A DNA stretch of 64,000 nucleotides, taken from contig JAOAHZ010000009.1 of assembly GCA_026414975.1 (NCBI GenBank), forward strand, positions 8,038 through 72,037, read 5' to 3'. Positions 8,169 through 18,194 of this stretch are shown here, one piece after another. Position numbers and translations under genes: made by a program. This DNA comes from Bacteroidia bacterium. Lineage in GTDB: Bacteria; Bacteroidota; Bacteroidia; SpSt-205. Positions within the stretch are counted from its first letter, which is position 1. The number at the start of each line of letters is the position of its first letter. A model generated the notes under the pieces. The model did not search any database. It saw only the letters and a list, made by a program, of their open reading frames with translations, and was not told the origin of the DNA.

Positions 8169-10073
8169 ATGCAAAAAGGGGGACTGATCCTGCTTCTCGG
8201 TGTAGCTGCGGCTCAGAGCGATACAATAGAGTTCAAGCTCAATCCAATCCTGATTCATGCGGAACGGCATACTCTTCTTGAGCCAAAGCGAATCTTCATC
8301 ACAGAAGAGACAGGCAACCTGACTTTAGGAGAGGCTCTGACAAGAGTGGCTGGGGTTGATTGGATGCAAACAGGAGGTTTCTTGACAGGCCGGCCTGTGT
8401 TGAGAGGGCATTCTTACACGCGAGTGGGGTGGATCATGAGCGGACTTATCCGAGAGGGGGCTTATTGGGGCGAAGATCACGGCTACGAAACCCCTCCTCA
8501 ACTCCTAACTTTTGAAACCGAGATTCTCTTAGGTCCTCAAAGCGTGCGTTATGGAAGCGATGCGATAGGAGGTATAGTGCGATTTCAGCCACTTGTACCC
8601 ACGCAGCCCTTCATCCACCTGCAAGCAACAGCGTTTAGTAATCCGGCGGGGTTCCTTATACAAGGGGGAGGCAGCGTCGGGAATACAGAGCGTTTCCTGA
8701 TGGGTGAGGTTACTCTTCACACGGCGGAAAATTTCTATACCCCTCGCCATGGCTTTGTCTGGAATACAGGTATGCGGAGCGGCTATGCTTACCTCACGGG
8801 TCGTATCTCTCCTCGAAAGTACCTGGTAGAGTTTCAGGGTTTTCAAACAGCGCAGTTATTAGGTATCCCCTCCCCCATATGGAATACAACGAACCGCCAG
8901 TGGTATTCTGAAGCGCAAGGCAGATACATCTCTCGGAGGGAGGCTTGGCGTTTCCAACGCGATTTACCCTTTCAGCGGATACTGTCTAGTGGAGGGCAAG
9001 TGCGTATCCTCCGAGAGCATACCTCGGGATCTACCACAGCTTTGATATGGGGTGCCCAGAGGAATGAACGGGCCGAATACGGCGAGCATCCATCAGAACC
9101 CGAAGTTCGCCTGCTCACGACTCGCACTGATATAGACCTTTCTCACCGATGGAAAGCCGGGGAAGGTGGGATTACGGGGTTTGTCAGACAGACCCGTGAT
9201 GAAGGAGAAGAGCCCTTCTTACCCCGAGTCCTTCATGGAGAAGGGGGAATATGGTTCCGCCAAAGTTTCGTAGGAAGCAGGGGACAAATAGCTTGGGGAG
9301 GACGCCTTCACGGGGGATTTAGTCAAGCCCGCTCCCAACACAAAACCTATCTCACTTGGGCTGGAGAGCTCACCTATGCCTACGCAGGGCACACCCTTCG
9401 GCTGACCCGAGGCTTCCGTATCCCTCATCCAGCTGAACTTTGGGCCTCCGGTTTCCATGAAGGCGCTAAGCGCTATGAATATGGAAGCCCTGATTTACCT
9501 GTGGAAATAGCCTATACAGCCGAATATTTGCTGTCTCTGTCTTCTATGCAGGTCCGTCCTTTTTTTCAGTATGTTCCCCGATACATTTTTGCGGAGCGGA
9601 TACCTGATACTTTGCCCAGTGCTGTTGGGGCCGCCTTTATCTACCGAACCCGACGAGCTATTCTGACGGGTGCAGAGGTAGAGTGGCAATTAAACTGGTT
9701 CTCCGTCGGAGTATCCTACGTGTACGGGCAGTTTCTCCTTCAGCGACAAGCCTCGGAAAGATTCATTCCGCGAATGCCTCCCCTTCGGCTGCGCCTCAGC
9801 GGACGACACAGGCTGAAGACATGGGTTCTCTTGCCTGAATTGCTACTGTATGCGCCTCAAAATAGAGCTTACTCCGTCCATGGTACCGAAGTGCCTACGC
9901 CCGGCTATATCCTCTTCCACTTTACCGCTCAGTGGCGATTTTTAGCCTTCGGCATACAGAATGCCTTAAGTAGTCGATATCAGCCTCATCTTAGCCCCTA
10001 TCGCCAGTGGATACCAAGAGGGATAGACTTCCCTTCTCAAAACTTCTTTCTCAGGCTGAACCTAGTGAGATAG
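8169..10073 (+). CDS. TonB-dependent outer-membrane receptor
   Basis: Plug-domain motifs (GRPVLRG..., 'YGSDAIGGIV') followed by a ~500-aa barrel. The track ORF starts at 8064, but a signal-peptide-like start 'MQKGGLILLLGVAAAQS' is at 8169. Confidence 0.8.
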   Translation: MQKGGLILLLGVAAAQSDTIEFKLNPILIHAERHTLLEPKRIFITEETGNLTLGEALTRVAGVDWMQTGGFLTGRPVLRGHSYTRVGWIMSGLIREGAYWGEDHGYETPPQLLTFETEILLGPQSVRYGSDAIGGIVRFQPLVPTQPFIHLQATAFSNPAGFLIQGGGSVGNTERFLMGEVTLHTAENFYTPRHGFVWNTGMRSGYAYLTGRISPRKYLVEFQGFQTAQLLGIPSPIWNTTNRQWYSEAQGRYISRREAWRFQRDLPFQRILSSGGQVRILREHTSGSTTALIWGAQRNERAEYGEHPSEPEVRLLTTRTDIDLSHRWKAGEGGITGFVRQTRDEGEEPFLPRVLHGEGGIWFRQSFVGSRGQIAWGGRLHGGFSQARSQHKTYLTWAGELTYAYAGHTLRLTRGFRIPHPAELWASGFHEGAKRYEYGSPDLPVEIAYTAEYLLSLSSMQVRPFFQYVPRYIFAERIPDTLPSAVGAAFIYRTRRAILTGAEVEWQLNWFSVGVSYVYGQFLLQRQASERFIPRMPPLRLRLSGRHRLKTWVLLPELLLYAPQNRAYSVHGTEVPTPGYILFHFTAQWRFLAFGIQNALSSRYQPHLSPYRQWIPRGIDFPSQNFFLRLNLVR

Positions 10074-10159
10074 GGCGCCAGGGCTCGCCCGCACAACGCG
10101 ACGACCTCGGCACCCCGTTTATGCGCGCTACAGAACCGCTACCCCGAAATGAATTCCCC

Positions 10160-13100
10160 TCAACGAAGTAGCGTTACCGTACCATGCTTTCTGACTTCCC
10201 GTCCCTCTCCATCTACTCCGACGAATAGATAGATATAAACCCCCTCAGGGAGAGGTTGTCCATCTTTATTTCTCCCATCCCAAACCCTACTCATGTCCCC
10301 TCCGTTTGTCCAAACCTCCCCTCCCCACCGATCATACAACACGACGGTATAGCGCTGGAATCCAGGGGCTTGAATAGCCCAAAAATCATTAATACCATCT
10401 CCGTTTGGAGTAACAGCTAAAGGAATCGCAAGACCTGGACACGCTGGAAGTCGCACTTGGGTAGAACTCTCAGCGGTGCAGCCGCCAGCGGTGGTTACGA
10501 CTAATCTGACAGATAGATTTATTTGCTGCGGATCGGGGAATGTACGCTCTTCAACAGATTGGCCCGATACGTTTTGCACGCCATCGCTCCATATCCAAGT
10601 ATAACTGAAAGGAGGCGTCCCTTGAATATCCGCCCTCACCCGGACAGCCCGAGGAGGAGGACATTCAGCTGCGGGCTCTACTTGCAACGCTCGTATCTCC
10701 ACTTGGTTAGCATAAGGCACCTCTATAGACACCGGACCGTAGGTGCAACCATTCTGATCAGTAAGTGAGACAGTATAGCGCCCCGGACGAAGTCCAGAGG
10801 CTACATTGTTAGATGATGTGGCCAAGATATTTCCAGCTGAGTCTCGCCAAGTGTATGTGTAAGGTGGCGTACCTCCAGTAACAACCAGTTGAATCTCTCC
10901 ATCGGCAGCTTCAGGGCAGGAGGCAGGACGAATCGCACTATCGCTGATAGCGATTGGAGTTGGCTCAGGAAAATTAACGGTAGCCGTTCCCGTACAGCCC
11001 AAGTTATCCATTGCTTCAACAGTGTAAGTGCCAGCGGGTATATCGGTAAAGACACCCGTGGTGTTCGTGATACCCAGAGGCTGCAGAGTATAAGTAAAGA
11101 CATTTCCTCCATTTCCACTGGTAGCTTGAACCGTGAAGCTGCCCAAGCCCCCATGGCAAAGTATGGGCTGCGTAACCTGTTGAAGCTGCACCGATACCGC
11201 TGCGCCTGGAGATACCTCCACCACTCGGGATACCAGACACCCATTTGCATCCCTCACCTGAATGGTATAAGAACCCACACCCAGCCCTGTGAAAGTAGGA
11301 TTTGAGGTCCAGGTGGGATAGGTAGGAAGAACGCTGTACTCATAGGGGGGTGTTCCGCCCTGTCCTTGAAGAGTAACTCGCCCTGCTGGGAAAGCATCAC
11401 ACGAACTAAGAAAGGAATCTACCAACACAACCATCAGTGGATCCGGCTGAGGAAGGGTTACAGTCAAGGTGCCAGAACACCCCAACGAATCGGTGGCTCG
11501 TACAGTATAAGTACCCGCTGGAATCCCTGTAAAGATACCTGTAGTGTTGGTGAGACCTAAGGATGGGATGCTATAAGTAAAGGTAGAGCCCCCGTTTCCA
11601 CCACTGGCTTGAACCGTAAAGCCCCCTGTTCCTCCATTGCACAATATAGGCTGATGTATCTGCTGAAGCTGCACCGATACCGCTGCCCCTGGTGTAACGC
11701 TCACAGTACGAGAAAAGACACACCCCTTAGAGTCCCGAACTCGCAGGGTATATGTACCTACCCCTAAGCCCGTAAAACTGGGATTGGAGGTCCATGCAGG
11801 GGCTACAGGCAAGACACTATACTCATAAGGAGGAGTACCTCCCTGACCCTGAAGCACAACGAATCCTGATGACTGCCCCCCACAAGCAATCAAAAGGGAG
11901 TCTAAAAGAACTAAGGTCAAAGGAGGAGGGTCTTGAAGCTGAACAACCCGCCGCTGGATACATCCCATCCCGTCGCGTATCCACACAGTGTAGGTTCCAG
12001 CTGAACGGTTGCTCCACGTAGAAGTAGCGCTCCAACCACTTGTAGGGGGTATTGAGGCAGCCCCCGTTACAAGCACAAACTGATAGGGAGATAGCCCTCC
12101 ACTTACCTGAGCCGATATCTGACCCGTCGGTGTGCCAATACAGCTCGGAATAGATAGGCTTACCTGAATGTTCATCGTATCCAACACAGAGAAGACAAAC
12201 GTGTCCGCTGCTGCCCCTGGAGGGACCGTAGTAGTGGGAAGGGCTACGTTACATTGGTCCTGAATGGGGATATTGTTTGTTCCACCTGTGGGAGCACCGG
12301 GATCGTTTGGATCGTTGTAGTTGATATAGAGGGTATAGCTTCGATTGGGCACGAGCGGCTGTCCAACCGTAAGTTCTACCGTGTTTGTTTGAGGAGGATT
12401 GAGAGGTGTAGCCGCAGTCAAGGGTACTGGGAGATTGGTAGTGTTGTCAAACAGGGTAAAATCCGACCCATCCAGGGCTACGGATGAAGGCAGGATTAGC
12501 TCATTGAATCGCACCCGGAGACGAGAGAGAGCGGGCAGTTGTGTGTCATAGTCATCACTGCATACTCGGTAGACACTATCGATGCGTGGAGGACTATTAT
12601 CAAAGTACTGCGCAGTGCCGTAGAAAGTGATGGTAAAACCGACATTATTGTTGCTCCAGTTATCCACTAAGAGGAGAAAGGTTTGACCAGCTGTTACATT
12701 GAGTCCGGGCATCACAGCCGGACCAATGGCACCATGGAATATACTGCCCGGCTGTGGATTTGTATGGTCTAAACCCGTAAGACCATTATTGGAGCAGTTT
12801 ATGCCCCCACAGCAGGTAGTTACATTAGGCATAGAAAAGTTACAGCGTATCGGGGAGGGCACATTCCCTGTACCTTGAAAGATGGAGCAGGGGTTTTGCA
12901 GTCCGGTTACATCCCATAGAGCAAAGTCATAGTCATTTCCAGTTGCGGCATTAGGACAGATGAGAAATCCCAAAGTTCCTCCACTTTGTATGGTGAATAT
13001 GAACCAGACACTGCGATGCTCACCCCCTGAAAGGCAGGTACCTCGGCCATTGGTACTTAGCTCGGACACGAGCCCAGCGGAAGGGATTCCCCCCGGGTAA

Positions 13101-13297
13101 CTATAAGTTGCGCCGCATAGACGTATAGCTCCGCTACAATCGGACTCGGGCAGATTGAGGGGGGTAGGAAACCCTGGGGGAGAGGGCGGGGAAGCATAAG
13201 GATTAATCCCTTGCTCTTTGAGCCGAATATACACGCTATCTGGCAGCCCTTGTGCCATCAGTAGCCCAGCCGACACGAGCACAAGCAATCTATGCAT
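10160..13297 (-). CDS. Large secreted SprB-repeat adhesin-like protein with a T9SS type-B (gliding-motility-associated, CHU_C-like) C-terminal sorting domain
   Basis: C-terminus 'AVTPNGDGINDFWAIQAPG...YDRWGGEVW' is the type-B CTD. There are multiple SprB-type repeats (…QGQGGTPPYEYSVLP…GTYTV…D..GC…). The N-terminus is a Cys-rich domain. The likely start is the signal peptide MHRLLVLVSAGLLMAQG at 13297; the track ORF extends to 13345. Confidence 0.85.
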   Translation of the reverse strand: MHRLLVLVSAGLLMAQGLPDSVYIRLKEQGINPYASPPSPPGFPTPLNLPESDCSGAIRLCGATYSYPGGIPSAGLVSELSTNGRGTCLSGGEHRSVWFIFTIQSGGTLGFLICPNAATGNDYDFALWDVTGLQNPCSIFQGTGNVPSPIRCNFSMPNVTTCCGGINCSNNGLTGLDHTNPQPGSIFHGAIGPAVMPGLNVTAGQTFLLLVDNWSNNNVGFTITFYGTAQYFDNSPPRIDSVYRVCSDDYDTQLPALSRLRVRFNELILPSSVALDGSDFTLFDNTTNLPVPLTAATPLNPPQTNTVELTVGQPLVPNRSYTLYINYNDPNDPGAPTGGTNNIPIQDQCNVALPTTTVPPGAAADTFVFSVLDTMNIQVSLSIPSCIGTPTGQISAQVSGGLSPYQFVLVTGAASIPPTSGWSATSTWSNRSAGTYTVWIRDGMGCIQRRVVQLQDPPPLTLVLLDSLLIACGGQSSGFVVLQGQGGTPPYEYSVLPVAPAWTSNPSFTGLGVGTYTLRVRDSKGCVFSRTVSVTPGAAVSVQLQQIHQPILCNGGTGGFTVQASGGNGGSTFTYSIPSLGLTNTTGIFTGIPAGTYTVRATDSLGCSGTLTVTLPQPDPLMVVLVDSFLSSCDAFPAGRVTLQGQGGTPPYEYSVLPTYPTWTSNPTFTGLGVGSYTIQVRDANGCLVSRVVEVSPGAAVSVQLQQVTQPILCHGGLGSFTVQATSGNGGNVFTYTLQPLGITNTTGVFTDIPAGTYTVEAMDNLGCTGTATVNFPEPTPIAISDSAIRPASCPEAADGEIQLVVTGGTPPYTYTWRDSAGNILATSSNNVASGLRPGRYTVSLTDQNGCTYGPVSIEVPYANQVEIRALQVEPAAECPPPRAVRVRADIQGTPPFSYTWIWSDGVQNVSGQSVEERTFPDPQQINLSVRLVVTTAGGCTAESSTQVRLPACPGLAIPLAVTPNGDGINDFWAIQAPGFQRYTVVLYDRWGGEVWTNGGDMSRVWDGRNKDGQPLPEGVYIYLFVGVDGEGREVRKHGTVTLLR
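10952..11920 (-). repeat. Intragenic tandem duplication, two ~483-bp units (161 aa each, ~70% aa identity) within the SprB-like gene
   Basis: Protein residues ~476-637 and ~637-798 are colinear. 27-nt near-identical DNA cores sit at 11177-11203 and 11660-11686, an offset of 483 nt. Confidence 0.8.
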
Positions 13298-13396
13298 CTT
13301 GGCAAAGATAGACCTTCTACCTGAGACCTGAACTGGAGAGAACAACTACCCGAAGTCAGTGGTATTAGATTAGACCTGAGATGTTACTTTCGCTGC

Positions 13397-15457
13397 GTGA
13401 GAGGTATCTTATGGATAGCCGTCGCATTGGCTCAGGAGCTGTCTCTCACCCATATATGGCGAGAGTATCGGTACTATGCTCAAACTCATGATCTCGTTGC
13501 CGGCCCGAAAGGATGGTACGGTCAGACCGAGTCAGGCAAGGTATATCGCATCACCCAAGAGCTACGAGTGGAGACCTTAGGCACCGCTCCGCCTTTGGTG
13601 CGCTGGATACCCACGGATAACGGCTGGATAGCATGGGAGAAAATAGAGCCGGGCTTTCGGCGCTCGGTCTCTGGGCCCATAGGGTGGGCGAGAGCCGGCC
13701 TCTCTCAATCCCTCCCAGGCGAAGCTTGGCACGAAGCTGCCTTAGCACCCGATGGACAAACCCTCATCGCCGCCGATGCTCATAACCTCTACCGCTGGCG
13801 AGAAAGCCGCTGGGACACCCTCACCCGGTGCGCTGGCGCCCGCCAAGCTGGCACCACCGACTGGCTCTATGAAGAAGAGTTCGGATTTACCCGAGCTTTT
13901 GAAATAGCGCCCTCAGGTCAGTATGTTGCTTACCTGCTCTTTGACAATACCCGCACCCCAACCTATCCTCTCCTCGTGCCCAGCCACTCAGGCTATCCCG
14001 AGGTCAAACCGCTCGCTTATCCGCGAGTGGGCCAACCCAATCCGTATGTAGCCCTTCACCTATACCATCTGCCCACCCAGAAAGACCAGCTCATTTGGGT
14101 GGATAGCACAGGGGGGTATATTCCTTGGATAGGATGGAGCCCTATGGGCGATGAGCTGTATTTCACTCACCTCAATCGTCCGCAAAACCGATGTACGCTC
14201 TACCGCTACGAAGTGGGTCAAGCGGTTCCTACCCCTTTTTTCTCGGACAGCACGGATGGATTTTTCACATGGGATGATCGGCGGCTCCTCGTATGGGCGA
14301 CGGATCGGCCTGAAATCTTTTACCTATCTGGGGCAAAAGGTAAGTGGGAAATCTGGCGCTTTGATTACAAGGGTCGTCGCCTCATGCGCTATAGCCCGCC
14401 GGGTCTGCGAAGTCTGATTGGATACGCAGCTAAAAAGCTCTTTTTCCATGCAGAAGGCCAGACGCCTAAAGACCAGCGAATCGGCTACATTTCTATAGAT
14501 AGGGGCGGCGGCCAACCCGTCTGGATAACGCCCAGCACGGGATGGGCAGAAGGAGACCTCTCGGGAGACCTCCTTTGGATAAAGGAGAGCCGCTTCACAG
14601 AGCCCTATAGAGAGCGGATATGCTCGGCCTCTACCCCCGAGCGATGTCTCATTCTTCCCGATCTCAATGGAGAGCTGCGTCGTCAGATGCCCAAGGTCCA
14701 AGTACGGTTTTTCCCCTACCCCAGTCAAGAGGGACAGCTACGATGGGCCTATCTACTCCTGCCCGAGTCATTTGACTCTACCCGAACTTACCCTGTACTT
14801 TTCACCTTTTATGGCGGCCCAGGGTCCCAGCAAGTAAGCGAAGAGTTCAAAAACGTATCCTTTTTCTGGCAAGCCTATTTAGTTCAGCGGGGATATATCG
14901 TAGCCTGCGCAGATGGTCGCGGCACCGCTTTGTATCCTGCTGAGCGATTTTCTATCCACCGTCGGCTGGGTTTGATTGAGACGGAGGATTTCAGCGCTTT
15001 TTTACGCTATCTGCGGAAGCTACCGTATATAGGCAAGATAGGGGCCTTTGGCTGGAGTTATGGAGGCTACATGGCAATGCGGTTAGCATTTGCTGCGCCA
15101 GATGGATTAGCGGCGGCTGTGGCTGTGGCTCCTGTTACTGACTGGCGATTGTACGATAGCGCCTACACCGAAAGGTTCATGGATCTCTTGGAGACCAATC
15201 CTGAAGGTTACGAGCAAACCGCCCTACCACCGAAGGGGTCTCGTCTCCTCATACCGCTCCTCCTAATCCATGGAGAAGCGGATGACAATGTCCATCCACA
15301 GCATACTTACCAATTCTTGGAAAAACTTCTGCGAGCTCAGCCCGATGCCCCCGTAGAATGGCGCCTTTTTCCCAACCAGAATCATAGCCTTGCCCGGTAC
15401 CGCTACCGAGTGTTCTGGGAGGCTGAGCGGTTTTTAGAGCGTTACTTACGAGAATAG
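13397..15457 (+). CDS. Dipeptidyl-peptidase IV-like serine peptidase (family S9B)
   Basis: Catalytic 'GWSYGGY' Ser motif, a C-terminal Asp/His region ([13 protein letters not shown]), and an N-terminal propeller with '[11 protein letters not shown]'. GTG start. Confidence 0.85.
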   Translation: MRGILWIAVALAQELSLTHIWREYRYYAQTHDLVAGPKGWYGQTESGKVYRITQELRVETLGTAPPLVRWIPTDNGWIAWEKIEPGFRRSVSGPIGWARAGLSQSLPGEAWHEAALAPDGQTLIAADAHNLYRWRESRWDTLTRCAGARQAGTTDWLYEEEFGFTRAFEIAPSGQYVAYLLFDNTRTPTYPLLVPSHSGYPEVKPLAYPRVGQPNPYVALHLYHLPTQKDQLIWVDSTGGYIPWIGWSPMGDELYFTHLNRPQNRCTLYRYEVGQAVPTPFFSDSTDGFFTWDDRRLLVWATDRPEIFYLSGAKGKWEIWRFDYKGRRLMRYSPPGLRSLIGYAAKKLFFHAEGQTPKDQRIGYISIDRGGGQPVWITPSTGWAEGDLSGDLLWIKESRFTEPYRERICSASTPERCLILPDLNGELRRQMPKVQVRFFPYPSQEGQLRWAYLLLPESFDSTRTYPVLFTFYGGPGSQQVSEEFKNVSFFWQAYLVQRGYIVACADGRGTALYPAERFSIHRRLGLIETEDFSAFLRYLRKLPYIGKIGAFGWSYGGYMAMRLAFAAPDGLAAAVAVAPVTDWRLYDSAYTERFMDLLETNPEGYEQTALPPKGSRLLIPLLLIHGEADDNVHPQHTYQFLEKLLRAQPDAPVEWRLFPNQNHSLARYRYRVFWEAERFLERYLRE

Positions 15458-15479
15458 AGAGGTTCCTACCTTTGAGGAA

Positions 15480-16208
15480 GTGAAGCTGCGAGCCGAGGGA
15501 TTAGAGAAAACCTACGGAAAGCGAAAAGTTGTGGATGGAGTTTCCCTGCATTTATCGCCAGGTGAGATTGTAGGGCTGCTCGGTCCAAACGGAGCTGGGA
15601 AGACGACAACTTTTTACATGATAGTTGGGTTTATTTGGCCAGATGCGGGAGAGATTTATTTAGGCGAGGAGCGCCTGACTAAGCTGCCCATGTATAAGCG
15701 AGCTCAGCGCGGTATTGGCTATCTTCCTCAGGAGGCGTCGGTTTTTCGCCGCATGAGTGTAGAAGACAACCTGCGCACGATTTTAGAGCTGCGTAAGGGG
15801 CTCAGCCGCCGAGCGATCCAGGAACGCATAGATCAGCTTTTAGAAGAGTTTGGATTGACCCATGTACGGCGCTCCTTGGGACAGCAGCTTTCAGGCGGGG
15901 AGCGTCGCCGTACTGAAATCGCTCGAGCCCTTGCCAGTGAACCCCGATACCTCCTCTTAGATGAGCCCTTCGCCGGGGTAGACCCCATCGCTGTAGAAGA
16001 GATTCAGTCTATCGTCGTCAAACTGGCTCAAAAAGGTATCGGTATCCTTATCACCGACCACAATGTCCATGAGACCTTAGGCATCACTCAGCGCGCCTAC
16101 CTCTTGTATGAAGGGCGAATCCTCAAGGAAGGGACGGCTGAAGAGCTCGCCGCCGACCCTCAAGTACGACGCGTGTATCTGGGCGAGAAGTTTCAGCTCA
16201 CTCGCTAA
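15480..16208 (+). CDS. lptB: LPS export ABC transporter ATP-binding protein LptB
   Basis: Walker A 'GPNGAGKTT', signature 'LSGGERRR', Walker B '[11 protein letters not shown]'. Length 242 aa. Preceded by GAGGAAG and a GTG start. Confidence 0.85.
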   Translation: MKLRAEGLEKTYGKRKVVDGVSLHLSPGEIVGLLGPNGAGKTTTFYMIVGFIWPDAGEIYLGEERLTKLPMYKRAQRGIGYLPQEASVFRRMSVEDNLRTILELRKGLSRRAIQERIDQLLEEFGLTHVRRSLGQQLSGGERRRTEIARALASEPRYLLLDEPFAGVDPIAVEEIQSIVVKLAQKGIGILITDHNVHETLGITQRAYLLYEGRILKEGTAEELAADPQVRRVYLGEKFQLTR

Positions 16209-16349
16209 GCCAAGCCCCATAAACAGGCAGAAGCCGAGTCAAAGGTGTGGTTTTGATTGGTATCACCTCAATCGTACATAGACGACTGCGTCAAGCCAAC
16301 CCATTTTGCCCCTATTCATCATCCAAAGATAGAAAGGTATCTTTGCGGC

Positions 16350-18194
16350 ATGCGGCGAGTCGGCCGAGTGCCCCTCATAGAAGGGGAATGGGCTCTGAAG
16401 CGCGAGCTCATTCGCTCCACGACTTGGGGCGGCTTCGTAGCCACGACCCTATGGGGGTGCCCGACTCGTAAATATCATAGCTGGTTCTCGCTCTGGAAAG
16501 GCTTTCACCGCTATGAGCTAATGCCGCAAATGCAGGAGGAGCTGCATTTGCGAGATGGACGCTTTCTACTTACCACTCATTATTTCCATGGAAAGCGCAT
16601 TTGGGAAGGCTATCGGCATCTCCAGAGCTTCCAAAATGGCTCAATGTGGCGATGGGTGTATCAAATCGGCGAGCTTTCTGTAGAAAAATCTCTTTACCTC
16701 TCTCCCACAGAACCCCTCTGGCTTTTGAAGTACCGCTTCTCGCAGGATGTAGTATTTCGCTGGATACCGCTCTGGGCTGCTCGCCCTTGGCACACTTTGC
16801 GCTACGAATTCATCTCAGTAGAGAGACAAGGGCAACGAATCCGTCTCCCCGAAGGAATAGAGCTATACTTCTCGGTGGAGCCTGTACCGCGCTTCATTCC
16901 GTGGAGCTACCCGTATACGGGCAGCTATTATCCTGAAGAGCATGCCCGAGGTTATGAAGCTACTGAAACCCTCACCTCCGCTGAATGCTGGGAATGGCGC
17001 CTCCACCAACCTGATGACATCATCATAGCTTTGAGCCCCGTAGCTCCCCCCAACCCTCCAACAGACCTGCCTCACGAAAAGACTCTGCACCCCACCTTTA
17101 TTCAAAGCTTAGAAGAGTCAGCGGAAAACTTCTTCCTAAGGGATAGCACAGGTGAATACATCTTAGCAGGACATCCTTGGTTCGGTGTATGGGGTAGAGA
17201 TACATTCATCAGTTTGCCTGGTCTCACATTAGCTCGGGGTCAGGTAGAGCGCTTTCACTACATCATGGAAACAGCTCTGAGCTACCTTTCCTCCGACGGT
17301 CAGCTTCCGAATATTTATCCTGATGGCTATACAGCCGAAGACACAGGCTTATGGTTCATATGGGCCCTCCTCCAAGCGCATCGTATGGGAATCCCTGCAG
17401 ACGAGCTATGGAGTCGCTATGGAGAGGCTGTATTAAGCGTGCTGGTTAGCTACCTTCAGCGACTGGGACAAGAGGATGGCCTCCTTCATGTGGAGCCTTT
17501 CCCATCCGCCTCTTGGATGGATGCGGTCGTAGAGGGCCGTCCTGCGGTGGAGCGTCGGGGGACCCTCGTGGAAATGAATGCTCTCTGGTACGCCGGACTT
17601 CGCTTTGTGGCTGAATACGCCTCCACTGAGGGAATACGATGGCGCTGGGGGCTCTTAGCCCGAAGAGTATTAGAATCCTTCAAGCCTGCTTTCTGGGCCA
17701 AATCTCGCGGTTACCTCGCCGACTGGCGAGACACCGAGGAAACCAACTGGCAAATCCGCCCCAATCAAATCTTTACGGCTTCTCTACCCTACCGACCTAT
17801 CAGCGAAAAAATCGCTGAACTGGTCGTTGAGGTTGTAGAGAAACACCTCCTTACTCCTCGCGGACTGCGTACGCTCTCACCCGCAGACCCGGCTTATCAA
17901 GGCACTTATGCAGGTAACGCCGTGGAACGAGATCGCGCCTATCACAACGGCACGGCATGGCTTTGGCTATTGGGAAGCTACGCTGATGCCAAACTTAGTC
18001 TGTGGGGTGATAGCGCTCGTCCCGCCCTTCATAAGCTCTTACAAGGGCTTGAAGAGGATTTCTATTCATACGGCTGGGGGACATTAGCAGAAATCTATGA
18101 TGGGGACGCACCCCACACCCCCCGAGGGGCTCCCGCCCAAGCCTGGAGCGTCGCCGAAACCTTGCGCACTTTCTTTCTTCTGAAAGCTTTATGA
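16350..18194 (+). CDS. Glycogen debranching enzyme-like protein (amylo-alpha-1,6-glucosidase; GDE N-terminal and (alpha/alpha)6 catalytic domains)
   Basis: N-terminal 'EWALKRELIRSTTWGGFVATTLWGCPTRKYH' and the 'GHPWFGVWGRDTFISLPGL' motif of bacterial/archaeal GDE. I chose the start at M32 (16350) of the track ORF (16257). Confidence 0.75.
   Translation: MRRVGRVPLIEGEWALKRELIRSTTWGGFVATTLWGCPTRKYHSWFSLWKGFHRYELMPQMQEELHLRDGRFLLTTHYFHGKRIWEGYRHLQSFQNGSMWRWVYQIGELSVEKSLYLSPTEPLWLLKYRFSQDVVFRWIPLWAARPWHTLRYEFISVERQGQRIRLPEGIELYFSVEPVPRFIPWSYPYTGSYYPEEHARGYEATETLTSAECWEWRLHQPDDIIIALSPVAPPNPPTDLPHEKTLHPTFIQSLEESAENFFLRDSTGEYILAGHPWFGVWGRDTFISLPGLTLARGQVERFHYIMETALSYLSSDGQLPNIYPDGYTAEDTGLWFIWALLQAHRMGIPADELWSRYGEAVLSVLVSYLQRLGQEDGLLHVEPFPSASWMDAVVEGRPAVERRGTLVEMNALWYAGLRFVAEYASTEGIRWRWGLLARRVLESFKPAFWAKSRGYLADWRDTEETNWQIRPNQIFTASLPYRPISEKIAELVVEVVEKHLLTPRGLRTLSPADPAYQGTYAGNAVERDRAYHNGTAWLWLLGSYADAKLSLWGDSARPALHKLLQGLEEDFYSYGWGTLAEIYDGDAPHTPRGAPAQAWSVAETLRTFFLLKAL

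Noticed and set aside
10074-10159. Terminator between the convergent TonB-receptor and SprB-like genes
   Set aside because: Only a weak 5-bp GGGCG/CGCCC stem with no U-tract, which is not convincing.
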